DNA of 64,000 nt, taken from Octopus sinensis. Taxonomy: Eukaryota. Position 1 is the first letter of the stretch, and each line of letters begins with the position of its first letter. Of this stretch, positions 39,608-52,545 are shown in pieces. Made by a program: the position numbers and the translations under genes. The notes below the pieces were generated by a model. The model ran no database searches, was not told the DNA's origin, and saw only the letters and a list, made by a program, of their open reading frames with translations. Where the stretch lies: positions 96,658,001-96,722,000 of the forward strand of contig NC_043000.1 in the NCBI RefSeq assembly GCF_006345805.1, read 5' to 3'.

Positions 39608-39830
39608 TATGAGGGGGTGCGGAAAAGTTCCTGGCTTTGGGTAAAAGAAAATACAGGAGGATGAGTTATTTATGGTTTTACCCAACATATTCTCCTCTCA
39701 GATTCACACACTTACTGCAGTGGTCCTTCAGTTTTTCCAAGCCCTGTAAAAGAATTTGGAAGTTTGGGCCTCCAAGCAGGCCTTTTCTAATACCCTTAAA
39801 GGCAGGAATTTTTCAGCACCCACTCGCATA
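39608..39830. mobile_element. Mariner-type MITE
   Basis: Imperfect ~25-bp TIRs tatgagggggtgcggaaaagttcct / aggaatttttcagcacccactcgcata. Confidence 0.7.
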
Positions 39831-40937
39831 TTTAGGAAGTGCGTCATCATCATCATCATCATCATTATTGTTTTAATGTCCACTTTTCATGCTTTCATGA
39901 GTTGGACAGAGTTTATTGAGGTAGAATTTCTACAACTGGATGCCCTTCTTGTCACTAACACTTACCTGATTCTAAGAAAAGTAATATTTCTCCATGACCA
40001 GACATGTTTTTGTAAACTATTGAAAATGAATGCCATGTTGTGTTAAGACAAGGAGATACATATATACACACAGACATATGTGTGTATATGTGTGTGTGTA
40101 AGTGTGTTACTCAGTGGCTCACTATCATGAGGTAGTGAATTCAATTTCTGGACCAGGTTATGTGTTGTGTTCTTGAGCAAGACACTTTCTTCATGAGGCT
40201 CTAGTTCTCTCAGCTGTAGAAATGAGTTGCAGCATCACTGGTGCCACTTTGTATTGGGCTTTGCCTTTCCTTTGGATAATATCAGTGGCATCAAGAGGGG
40301 AAGCTGGTCTTCCATAAACAACCTTCCCTGGACCTGTGCCTCAAAGGGCAACTTTCTAGGTGTAATCCCACAGTCATTCATGACTGAAGGGAATCTTTAT
40401 CCTATACATGAAGAACCATGCTAGAAATGTCATTTCTACTCCTATTTTTCCATCTAGGGCTTTCACTGAATATTAATCTAACATATTCACTATGTAAATC
40501 CAATTGATTTCTGCTGTTTTTGCCTGTTTTTTTTCTTTTTTGTTCCTAGATTTGCCTATAGATATATATGTGGGGGGGGGGGGCAGAATTTGATGGTAGA
40601 ATCAGTAAAGCATCAGATGAAATATCAAATAGTATTTGATTATTTCCTTTTATTTTATATTCTGTGCTCAAATCCGGTCCAGATTGATTTTGCTTTTCAT
40701 CATTGTAAGGCCTATACAATTATAAAACAAAAATAAAGTAACAATCTGTAAGTTTTGGGCTTGGTACAATCAACTAACATCCTTAATGAGGGGGGGCCCC
40801 ATTATGACCACAATCCAATGATTCAAATCAGTGAACAAATAAAAGAATTCCACACACCATTTTTTACCGAAACTAGCATGAAAACATATAAATGGTGAAC
40901 AGTTAAAACCCATATATTTTTCAATTAGTTGTTTGTC

Positions 40938-41028
40938 ATTGTATCCTAACTTAAGCTCTGATAATGTTATTGAATCTTAACTTAAGCTCTGATGATGTTA
41001 TTGTATCCTAACTTAAGCTCTGATAATG
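40938..41028. repeat. 31-bp minisatellite, about 3 copies
   Basis: Unit attgtatcctaacttaagctctgataatgtt. Confidence 0.9.
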
Positions 41029-41285
41029 AGTTATATCAGATTACTGAATTTTCAGTGAATAGCTTCATTACTTGAATGTAAAACTGAATTCATCCACAGC
41101 TTCCAAACAACCATGAAGAAGAAGAAGAAGAGGAGGAGAAAGTCAATGGAAATATAGATGCATTCTCATTGGTTTCTAAGTTTCAGGGATCAATACTTTT
41201 GGATCACAAACCAGCAAGGGAGCCTCTATGTGATTGTTTAACCTACTAGAAATAGCAACCATATTAGTTTTTCATTTTCCCTTAA

Positions 41286-41493
41286 CCCTTAACTCTGTCA
41301 AATGTAATGCTTATTTATTCTCATTATTTTGAGTTAATCATATAGTATCTTATAACCTCAAGATTTTGATGAAGTGATTGTTTAATTTTAGAATGACATT
41401 GTAGGATAGATGTGAAAGGCCAAATCTAGCTATTTTGAACATAAGACAAGTAGAATATTTGGGCCAGATATGATCAGTTTAACTGCTAAACGG
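41286..41493 (+). mobile_element. piggyBac-type MITE (TTAA-CCC...GGG-TTAA family), degenerate
   Basis: Internal similarity to the copies at 46276, 50630, 56961 and 63501. Confidence 0.65.
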
Positions 41494-42554
41494 TTAGTTC
41501 ACACTATACTGTCTTTAAAGAAAAAAAAATTGAAAAAGACGAGACGATGCCTTGATCAGAGTTTTAACAACAACATCAACAGTAATAGCTGCAATATTCA
41601 GATCATATATATACAACTAAGGCTTTCATAAGGTTTTTAATGGAAACACAGATTCAACAGTTCCAGTGGGTCAAACTTAAGTACATGATTGCTTCAGTAA
41701 AAGGCAAACTTATGTACTGGTTGATTTGCAAATATTGCTAATTTAGCTATAATGTTACTCCCTTGACTGTCTGTGGGTGGTTGTTGGTAGTACAGAAATG
41801 AACTTCAAGGAGAATATGGTTTTTCGGAAGTCATAGTAGTGAAAAAGCTTGTTAGCTAGACAGCCGGGTAGACAGGCAGGCAGACAGACAAACAGACAGG
41901 CAACAGAGAGAGTGAGAGGTTGTATACTGAACAAAATATTTTCAAGAGAAAATTGATATATATATATATATAGATATATATCCATGCGTATGTGCACTCT
42001 GCAACAAATACCCCTGACTAAAGCACTTAGAAGTATGACTTTCCAATTGTCTTGCATTCCACTAGGATGAAAAGTCAAAATAATCAGTGCAACTGTTATT
42101 GTTAGTTGACCTAAGTCTGTCCAAATCTTTATGATCAAAGATGTTCCAATCACAGCAATCCTCTCTCTCTCTCTTTCTTGGTCAATTACAACCTATCTAG
42201 AACTCCATTACTCAATATGTGCTACTTTGTTTGAAGCATAAATTAACATGAAAGTTTAATGGAAGGTTTTTAATTTCAGTTGCTCTAAAACAGAAACATT
42301 GTATAATAAGAAAAAGAGAGTGGTCTTAGGGCAAGGTGGTATCAAAAGGGTTAAGGATTTCCTTCAGAGAGAATGTGTTTGCAATGCATTCTTGAAATCA
42401 TTATTTCTTTGTGTTTTTCTTAGATTTACACTTATTCTATAGGCTTACCAAGAGTTTTTCCTTTAAACTAACAAAAGTAAATACATTTAAGTATTTTACT
42501 AACAAATTGTGAATTTTAAAAACTGGGAAAGTGACACAGTGAATGTTCCCTTAC

Positions 42555-42588
42555 AAGCATCTTAGAAATCGTTATAACTGATTCTGGA

Positions 42589-42623
<35 letters not shown>

Positions 42624-42860
42624 GAAGGAAGGAAAGAAAGAAAGGAAGGAAGGAAGAAAGGAATGAAGGAAGGAAGGAAGGAAGGAAGGACAGAAGGACG
42701 AAAGAAAGAAAGAAAGAAGCATCTTAGAATCGTTATAACTGATTCTGGAAAGAAAGAAAGAAAGAAAGAAAGAAAGAAGGAAGGAAGGACGGAAGGAAGG
42801 AAGAAAGGAAGGAAGAAAGGAAGAAAGAAAGAAAGAAAGAAAGGAAGGAAGGAGAGGGAG
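42555..42860. repeat. Tandem duplication (~162-bp period) of a unique sequence plus a (GAAA/GGAA)n tract
   Basis: aagcatcttagaa(a)tcgttataactgattctggaaagaaag occurs at 42555 and 42717. Confidence 0.92.
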
Positions 42861-43255
42861 GGGGCAGCAAAAATGAAATGGTTTTTTAATGACCCCGGAA
42901 GAAGGAAAGGCAAAGTGTTCCTTTGCTGGATTAGAACTAATTACAGTAAGACTTAAGAGGTCTGTGACAGTCTACCAGATACAGCAAAGTGATTTTATTG
43001 CATCCTCTCATTTCCAATAACTCTAACAGGTTCTTAAAGCTGCGAGATAAGCAAACAAGAGACAAATTTTTTCTCAAGGTAATACACCAGCTTCACAGAT
43101 GTTACATTTCTCAAATCCATTGAAAGAGAGTTTATACATGATAAGCTCTACCTGCTAGAAATATTAACAACAATTCCTTCAAATAACATTCTTCCAACTT
43201 GAAAGCAAGAAATAACCAATTAGATAAGTTACTAGTAAATAACCTTAAAAAGATA

Positions 43256-43483
43256 TATTTCTTTACTGCCCACAAGGGGCCAAACACAGAGGGGACAAAC
43301 AAGGACAGACAAATGGATTAAGTCGATTACATCGACCCCAGTGCGTAACTGGTACTTAATTTATCGACCCTGAAAGGATGAAAGGCAAAGTCAACCTCGG
43401 CAGAATTTGAACCCAGAACGTAACGGCAGACGAAATACGGCTACGCATTTCGCCCAGCGTGCTAACATTTCTGCCAGCTCGCC
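43256..43483 (-). mobile_element. SINE family B, full length and little diverged
   Basis: Reverse complement of the copy at 31594-31825. Confidence 0.9.
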
Positions 43484-43936
43484 AGGTGATGAACAATAAC
43501 AAATACTAGATACCCCTCAAAAGACAGGTAGATGACGAGCAATAACATTATAACTTTGCAAGAGGAACTAATAGATATTACTAACATGTAAGTTGGTGTC
43601 CAAACACAAATGAAGTGGTCTTATTGGTCATTTCATTTTTAATATTCTCTAATGACTGCTTATTATTATGGTGGTCTGACCCTATGAGGGGAACAACTAT
43701 GTGATCACTCAACATATTAGAAATGGTTAAATTTTGCTCAATTCACATCATATTGTCTCAAACAAAGAAAAGATATATTGGAATGTCTTTAATAATGGGC
43801 TTGGTTGATCAAAAGCTGATTTGCAGTCAAACACTAAATTCCCCATTACTGTTCTACACTGTCTCTCTCTCTTTCTCTCTCTCTCTCTCACTCACTCACT
43901 TTTAAGTTTTACTATTCACATTGAAAATATACATAC

Positions 43937-44558
43937 CTGTTTGAAAATTTGAAGGAAAGCCTTTGGTGATATTTTCTGATGAACAAACACTTCATAGATG
44001 ATGCAGACACCCAGAACAGTAATTCCATGTTCTTTGGTCAACATGCTCAACGTAGCTAAAACAGCAGACAAGAACAGATACAAAAGCCTCTTGTTGCGAT
44101 GTGGGGTTGCTTCAGGGCTGCTAAATTCTTTAGGGCTTCCATCACAATAGCCATCCCTGTAGTAAATATATTGACGGTAGCTAAGAAAGCTGAGTATGAA
44201 AAACAGACAAGCCCCAACATCTGCTCGTCCTACAATGCCAGCAACAGCTTCTGTGTGAACTGGGTGTGTAGCAAACAAGATTCCTGCAATGAGTGTTGGT
44301 AGAGTTCGGTGGAGGAAAACACTCGACATATGAGTGAAGCAAACTGTGACTAACGAGTGAAGTAAAACATTGGTAAAATGGTAGCTCCAAGGGTTCAGTT
44401 TACTGAAGAAATGATTCAGGCGGAACGAGAGCACACATATTGGTCTGTATGATTTATGCGAACCACTATTGACCAATGGTGTCCCCCAGAAATCATCATA
44501 GAAAATGTTCTGGATTGGTGTCTCAGGAAGGAGGTCTGGGTTCTTCTGAACAGCTCGA
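43937..44558 (-). CDS. TMTC2: TMTC2-like coding exon (putative exon 2, 622 nt): first luminal loop and N-terminal TM helices
   Basis: Acceptor ttctatttcacag|TCGAGCT and donor AAACAG|gtatgt. Translates (S)RAVQKNPDLLPETPIQNIFYDDFWGTPLVNSGSHKSYRPICVLSFRLN...HPVHTEAVAGIVGRADVG...KEHGITVLG...IFKQ. Confidence 0.95.
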
Positions 44559-45348
44559 CTGTGAAATAGAAAAAAAGAAGCAGAAATTAGAAAATACTGT
44601 ATTTACATGTGTCTGATGCTAGAAATTTAATGCAAATGTCAAGGTCAAAATTGTTATGCAGCTTGATAGTCAAGTGTAAAACAAAAGCAAGACAATATAA
44701 TACATTACTGATTTTTAGGTACAAAAGAATGGATGTCACATTATTATATTCAAGATCATATCGTACTCAAATCATCATTATCATCATTTAACGTCCATTT
44801 TCCATGCTAGCATGGACTGGACAGTTTGACTGAAAGCTAGTAAGGTGGGGAGCTGCATCAGGTTCCAATCTGATTTTGCATGGTTTCTACAGCTGGATTC
44901 CCTTCCTAATGCCAACCACTCCAAGTGTGTAGTTGGTGCTTTTTACATGCCACTGGCACGGGTGCAAGTTATGAAACACCAGCATGAGCCTTGGTTACAA
45001 TCTCACCTGGCTCGATCCACAGTAATTAATATTTAGAAGTTGTATAAGGCAGTGAGCTGGCAGAATCATTAGCATACTGGGTGAAATGTTTAGCAACATT
45101 TCATCCGTCTTTACCTTTGGAGTTTAAATTATGCCAGGGTGGACTTCGCCTGTTATCCTTTTGAGCTCAATAAAATAAGTACCAGTTGAACACTGGGGAT
45201 TAATTTAATCAACTAGCCCCGCCCCCAAACCTGCTGGCCTTGTGCCAAAATTTGAAATCAATATTTAGGAGTTGTAGAGAAGTCGACTGACAGAACCATT
45301 ACAGCATTGGACAAGTTGCCATACAGTATTTAGTTACATCTCTATATA

Positions 45349-45560
45349 CAGGTTGCGGCAAAAAAGCTGCCCCAGTTTCAAAGGTTAATAAAAAACAAAC
45401 ACATGAAGATGCATGAAAAAACTTTGTATTTCTATGAAGTCCATTAAATGCCATTTTTTTTACTGTTTCAAGTAGTACCCACCATCGCCTGGAGTGGAGA
45501 GCATCTTTTTTTCTTGTTCGTTCATGTATTTGTTTTTTTTTTATTAACCTTTGAAATCAG
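45349..45560 (+). mobile_element. Tc1/mariner terminal fragment
   Basis: TA|CAGGTTGCGGCAAAAA start; no partner TIR found. Confidence 0.45.
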
Positions 45561-46275
45561 GGCAACACCTTGTACTTTGAGTTCAAATCCAGTCAGTCAA
45601 TTTTCGTTCCATCCTTCCAAGATCAATAAAATAAAGTGCAAATCAAGAACTGGGATTAATATAGTTAACTATATTTCTCCACTAAAAATGAGGTCTTGTG
45701 TCTACATAGGAAATCAATATTTGAAAGTACTAATTTTCTAATTGCTTGGCAAGAATCAGTAACCAGGTCACAAAAGCGCACTGAAATATTTTGACACTTC
45801 ATGCTATACAACAATTATAAGAAAAAAACATGGATGTGACAGTTTTTATGCATTTGTAAATATTTAAAAATGACACTTTTACAATGTTGTCAATTTTTAG
45901 TTTAACTCTTTTATAACCATATTTCAAACAAGAATACAAGAATACAGTCTACCTTTTTTTGTGTTTTGATTTCAAAATAATCAAGAATTATGATTTAGCA
46001 AAATAACTGCAGTCCTTTTGCATATGAGGGAAGGGAAACAAAAATTCATAGTGACTGCTAATTGTTAAAGCATCTGGAGTCACAGCCCAATGATTGGCAG
46101 CATCAATCAGAGGAGATAATGATGATGACGGAGGTAGTGGTAGTGATGGTGGCAGTGATAATGATGATGATGATGTTTCCTGTAATTATGATATTTGGAT
46201 CCAAGATATGAATTCATATTTCCCCATTTTAATAGTATATTGGTGTTGAAAGGATTAAAATAAAATACTAGTCAA

Positions 46276-46490
46276 CCCTTCAGCATTCAGATTACTGTGT
46301 CAAATGTAATGCTTATTTATTCACATTGTTTAGAATTAATCAGACATTATCTTATAGCTTCAAGATTTCAACGATGTGATTGATAATTTTTAGAATGATA
46401 TATTAGGGTAGGTGTGAGGGGTTGAATCAGGCCAGTTTGAACAGAAAACAGGTATGTGGGCCAGGCATGGTCAGTTTAAATGCTCAAGGG
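46276..46490 (+). mobile_element. piggyBac-type MITE
   Basis: tcaa|cccttcagcatt ... aatgctcaaggg|ttaa. Confidence 0.75.
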
Positions 46491-47755
46491 TTAAATACTA
46501 TGTGGATTTGGTCCCCACCAAAATAACAACCCTGGACCCAAGTAAGACATCAATGTTTGGTTTAGAAAAATTGGAATTTAAATGTGAAAAATATGGTAAG
46601 GGTAGATTTCAGAATCAATTGGGTATCAAACAAAATATTTTGTGGTGTTCTGTTATGTAGACCACTTCACTTTTCGTCTTTTTGAGGTTCATAAAATAAT
46701 TTGTCAATAAAATGAATACCAGGGTCAATATAATAGACCTATGCTCATGAAGCATTAGCTGATATGTTTTGCTTTTTGTTGCTCCTTTTTTTTTTACATA
46801 AGGCAAAAGTAATGCAAGTTATAGGAGATAAAACAGGTCAAAGGTTAGTATTTTTTCTGTAAAAGGGATCCTAACCTTGAAGTATTGAAATACAAGGCAC
46901 AAGTACTAACTATTGATCTATATTGTTTCTTATGACTTGCATTGTTTTAGCTTTATAAAAAAAATAATTAGGAACAAATTAATTACTAATTAATTGATAT
47001 AGCAAGACAAAATGTCTGGTATGTCTAGTATTGCTAACTGGAGTGTGTGTGTGAAGTGAACAATCATTAGGTCATGTTCAAAACTGTCTAAAGCTATTCA
47101 ATGAATTTCCATAACAAACAACTCTCAAGATGAACACCCAATATTAACAGCACCATTATAGCAACAACAAGAACATTATTGAAAAGTGTCATCAAGAAAT
47201 TTCACATGACTTGGTCAGTTCAGACTTGATATTTAATAGTTACATCATGTTGAAATACCTAGTGAGTTTATATGTGTATATATGTATGTATGTATTTGGA
47301 TGTACAAATGTATGAAAGTGTACTCATGTGGAACAAAGTTTGTTTATTCATTCAAAGATGATACTTCATACGACTGTTACTTTAAGGGGTTCTTTTTTTG
47401 TTTTTGTTATGTGTTTTCAGTATGAAATAGTCACTTATTTGTCCTCTGAACAAACATAAAAGCAAAAAATAGAAAAGACAGAATGATTCTTACAAAAGCA
47501 TATATCATAATCACCACTGCTTTAACAACCCCTTCTCCATGATTGCATAGGTCAGATGGAGGAAGATTTTCTACAGCTGGATGCGCTTTCTGTTGCCAAC
47601 TCTTACCTATTTTTGAACCTGATATTTCCCCACGGCCAGACATGTTTTTGCAGAATTAGGGAAAAGAATGACACTGCTTGTATGACAGGGACACTTGTTT
47701 ACAACTATAATATGATGTCAAGACAAGGAGACATGCTCACACACAGACATATATG

Positions 47756-47786
<31 letters not shown>

Positions 47787-48019
47787 GTATACATGTATAC
47801 TTATATGCACACACAAAGCTTTGGTTGGCCCAGAACTGTAAGGTAAATTGTATGTAGTAACAATTGTTTGGGGTTTCACCAAATTGGATAAATCACTTTG
47901 CATAAATAATGCGGTTCAATTAGTAAATTGCAGAAGCAAATACAGTAATGCTTATTTTGATGTTACAATGCATTATAGAAAAATTGAAGATTTATCCTAC
48001 AGTAGATTATATATACATA

Positions 48020-48590
48020 CAGGTGCAGGAATGGCTAGGTGGTAAGAAGTTTGTTTCCCAACCACATGGTTCTGAGTTCAGTCCCATTGTGTGGCACCAT
48101 GGGCAACTGTTTACTACTATTGCTTTGGGCTTACCAAAGCCTTGCGAATGGATTTGGTAGATGGAAACTGAGAGAAACCCATTGTATGTATATATAAGGT
48201 AAGCACACCCGAAACAGTAAGGACATCTGGTATCTTGACTGAAGAAAGAAGGTCACAAATAACCCATCCTTTTTTTTACTGTCCTAATTGTTTCTCCTGT
48301 CTGAATGTTTTCTTGTCCTCTACTGCATTTTTGTTCCATTTTATATATATATATATATATATGTATGTATATATATTTGTGTCTGTGTTTGTCCCCCACC
48401 ACCATCGCTTGACAACTGATGTTGGTGCATTTATGTCCCATTGACTTAGCGATTCAGCTAAAGAGACCAATAGAATAAGTAATGAGCTTACAAAGAATAA
48501 GCCCTGGGTCGATTTGTTCCACTAAAACCCCTTAAAGTGCTGCTCCAGCATGGCTGCAGTCAAATAGTATAAAAGAATAAATGAATAAAA
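48020..48590 (+). mobile_element. SINE family A with a ~140-bp unrelated insert in its internal microsatellite
   Basis: Head at 48020, insert at ~48195-48335, and the family A tail resumes after the (TA)n. Confidence 0.75.
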
Positions 48591-50629
48591 GAATATATGT
48601 ATATATCTGTGTTTTTTGAGGTGGGGAATGTGTTGCGTCTGGGATGTTACAATATTTGAGTGGAACATGAATTATTTCAAGATGGGGCATAAGTAACAAG
48701 TGAATTAATTTGGCAATTTAAGTTTTAATTAAAACTTCTTCTAATGTGTGTGTGTACTTTCATTCACTGCATCGCATGTCAAGCATTGATATATATACAC
48801 TCATGACAAGCGAAGTAGTGAAGGGAACTATACAACTTTGAACTGGTCATATGTTTATAATATATAGATATATATGTGTATGAGTGTATACATACATACA
48901 TATATATATATATATACACACACACATACACACACATACACACTGATGTGTGTGTGTGTACATAGAGATACACACATACATATGCATACGCATTATGTGT
49001 GTCCGTGTGTGTCACTGCCACTTAATTGTACACCAAATAATTGAATAATTCAGTTAATTGCATAACTTTCCAAAATACTGGACTGTTTACCAGCAAATCT
49101 ATGCAAAATTGGTTGGTTAATTGCCTATGCAAATAAAAATAAAGTCTGTGTGGAATTTCAGTTAATTGCTTAAGATTTTTGCCAATTCTTTGTAAAACCA
49201 AATTGATGAAATGAAGCTTAAAATTGACTCATTTTTTGTTCTCTTTTGATTTGGTATGAATAAAGTGCTTCTAGAAGCTGCTGTTTTCATAATGAATTAA
49301 AATGATAGTAGCAAGTACTTCATGTTTACAAATAACCATATCAAAACAGAAAAATGTTTTCAAGTTATTCACACCATTTCAGTGAATTATAAGAATAACA
49401 TAGTTCAGATTTTGATGTAATATCCGTTATAACATTTTTAATTTTGCAATAAATTTCTTGAATAAATACATTTTTTATATTTTATTATTTATTTATTTGT
49501 TTCAGACAAAATTTGTGAAAAGATAGCTTTTAAATCATATGATGAATGGATGCTATTTATATTGTAGTATAGGCAGAAATGTGGCTGTGTGGTTAATAAG
49601 TTTGCTTACCAACCACATAGATTGGGGTTAAGTCCTACTGCATAGCACCAGGAGCAAGTGTCTTCTACTAAAGTCTCATGCTGGTCAAATTCTCTTGAAT
49701 GGATTTGAAAGAAGCCTGTAACACCAGATGCAAGTACCTTCTACTAAAGTCCCAACAGGCCAAATTCTTTTAAATGGATTTGGTATATGGAGACTGAAAG
49801 AAGCTTGTAACATTAGGGTCAAGTGACTTCTACTGGTCAAATCCTTTTCAGGTTATTAGGTACATGGAAACTGAAAGAAGCTTATCATGCGTATGTGTGT
49901 GTGTATGTGTGTGTGCATGTAAGTGTGTATGGTATGTCTCCTTCCTTGTCTTGTTGCCACCTGATTGTTGTAAATCAGTGGTTCTCCTTCTCTAGTCATA
50001 CTGACTCATAAGGGCTGGTTTCCCGCTTTCCATGGTGTATATATTCCCCACCTGGATGGGACACCAGTCCATCACAGGATTATTTACTTTTGCCAACTGA
50101 GTGAACTGGAGCAACGTGAAATGAAGTGTTTTGCTTAAGAACACAACACATCACCCATCTCGGAATCGAATCCACAACTATATGATCACGAGTCCAACAC
50201 CCTAACCACAAAGCCACACACCTCCTCTTTTACTCCTTTGATTCCTATTTTACTTGTCTGGACCTTAATAAATATTTGATGTCTAAAAAACCTCGTTATA
50301 CTTTTGTAATTAAATATTATTAGGAACTGTATTAAATAATCGTTGAAATATTTTGTGTATTGTAAAAGTATACCAATTTATTGCAGATAAATTTTCTCAG
50401 CAAAGTCTTATGTGGACCCTCAAGGGTCACGTGGACCCCATTAAGAACCACTGCTGTAAATGAATGGTATTCATTCCCAGTATTCTGCAAAAACATGTCT
50501 GGATATAAGGAATTACTATTTTGCTTCGAATCAGGTAAAAGTAGATCATAGGATGGGCATTTGGCTGAAGAACATCTACCTCAGTAATCTCTGTGCAGCA
50601 TATGCCAGCACAGAAAAGTAGACATATAG

Positions 50630-50849
50630 CCCTTTAGTATTTAAACTGGCCACATCTGGGCAAAAATATCTACTTGTTTTATCTGTAAGCCAGCCAGATT
50701 TGGCCTCTCATACTTACTCTACAATATTATTCTAAAAACAAACAATCACATCACTGAAATTTCAGAGCTACAAGGTAAAGCATGACTAATTTTTGTGAAT
50801 GTGAATAAATATGCATAATATTTGTCAGAGAAATCAGAATGCTAAAGGG
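50630..50849 (-). mobile_element. piggyBac-type MITE
   Basis: ccctttagtatt ... aatgctaaaggg|ttaa. Confidence 0.75.
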
Positions 50850-50859
50850 TTAAACAATG

Positions 50860-50940
50860 AGGGGAAGGAGGAGAAGGAGGGAAGAAAGAGGAGGGAAAGA
50901 AGAGGGGAGAAATGGGGAGAAGTGGGAAGGAGGGGAGGAT
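50860..50940. repeat. Purine-rich G/A tract
   Basis: Almost exclusively G and A. Confidence 0.85.
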
Positions 50941-52111
50941 TACATTAGCCTGTAAGTGATCCAATCAAATTTTTCTTAACTTGCATGATCCAAGTTGTTG
51001 TTACTGTTATCAAATTAAGTGAAAGTAATTGCTAAGATGGGGAAACTTGTGGAAGAAACTTGTCAAAATTTGGATTATTGACCTTTTATAGTGCATATTA
51101 TCCTCTCAAATGTTCTACTTATTTATTTACATTGTTTTGAATTAATCATGCATCACCTCGTAGCATCATAATTTCGATGATATGATTGCCTAGTTTAAGA
51201 ATGACATTGTAGCATAAGTGTGAGAAGCTGGATCTGATCAATTTGAAAATAAAACAGGTAGAATATCTGGGCCAGATATGGCCATTTTAAATGCTAAAGG
51301 ATTCAAGAAGAATAGGAATTGAAAACCTCAGTAATAGGGGCTAAGGTTATCAATTGTCAACCCAATACATATCAATAACTAAATCATCTATATACATAAA
51401 TAACATATGTAACTTATGACTGGTCTTATGTAACATACAACTGATCCTAAGTAGCTTACTAGTAACAAAATATTAAAATCTTGTAAGTTAATCACCTATC
51501 AAAGGAATTTTGTTAACTGTTTCAAAAGTTTCAATCAATCAGTTTTTTCAATTAAAAAGAAAATTGGGTGTGTTGATTAATTCACCAGATATAAACGACA
51601 GGCCAAATTGGAAGCTTACTATTCAGAGTTCTGTGGCAACAAATGCTATCAATCATTTCAGTAGCCTTGAAGCATTTTTCATTTTATATACCACCTGAAA
51701 ATTTGAAGTAGTGGAGAAACAGCCATATACACACTACAGAGACGGGCATTGGCTGTGTGGCTAAAATGTTTGTTTAGTAAACACAGGATTTTGAGTTCAG
51801 TCCCACTGACCAAGTTTTTTATAATCCCTGATTGACCAATTCCTTGTGAGTAAATCTAGTAGACAGAAACTGTGAGGCAATCTAGAGTGTATGTGTATGT
51901 GTGTGTTTGTGTATGGGGGGATAACAGTCATTGGTTTGTTTACATCCTTTTAACTTAACAGTTCATCAAAAAGAATCCAATATGATAAGTACTAGGTTTA
52001 CAATATGCCTTGTACTGAGAATGATTAGATAACTAAATCCTACAAGATGGTGCTGCAACATGATTGCTATCCAGTGATCGAAATAAGTAAAAGAGAACAT
52101 ATATATATCAG

Positions 52112-52342
52112 GGCAGCAAGCTGGCAGAATCGTTAGCATGCCAGGCGAAATGCTTAGTGGTATTTCGTCTGCCATTACATTCTGAGTTCAAATTCCACCG
52201 ATGTTGACTTTGCCTTTCATCCTTTCGGGGTCAATTATATAAGTATCAGTTACACACTGGAGGTCGATCTAATTGATTTAATCTCTTTGTCAGTCCTTGT
52301 TTGTCCCCTATATGTTTAGCCCCTCAGTGAGCAATAAAGAAA
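52112..52342 (+). mobile_element. SINE family B, full length
   Basis: Matches the copy at 31594-31825; directly follows a family A tail. Confidence 0.85.
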
Positions 52343-52490
52343 ATATATATATATATATATATATATCATCATCATTATCATTTAAAGTCCGTTGTCCATG
52401 CTGGCATGGATTGGACAGTTTGATTTGGCATGGTTTCTACAGCTGGATGCCCTTCCTAATGTCACATATATATATAAGCAACTCGTCAAA

Positions 52491-52545
<55 letters not shown>

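Larger units (their letters stand above)
8735..44558 (-). other. TMTC2: TMTC2-like gene, partial span (5 coding exons; 5' exon and 3' TPR exons not found in window)
   Basis: Exons join in frame with GT-AG boundaries and consistent phases. The translation matches remembered TMTC2 motifs (DFWG..SGSHKSYRP, HPVHTEAVAGIVGRAD, DNPAA, LSFDWSM, GFVIAERVLYIPSMG, AWGNL, YRSNMAD..YNL). Confidence 0.9.

Noticed and set aside
24288-41028. Short tandem repeats (18 bp and 31 bp) as CRISPR-like arrays
   Set aside because: They are head-to-tail copies with no spacers, in eukaryotic DNA with no cas genes.
43916-43936. ORF-track extension of exon 2 (VCIFSM*) and the Met starts of ORFs 43916-44476 and 24919-25839
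   Set aside because: These are read-through into introns. The splice sites give the homologous continuous frame.
48200-48290. GAAAC and CTGAAGA boxes in the insert within a SINE
   Set aside because: The order and stems do not form a valid hammerhead.
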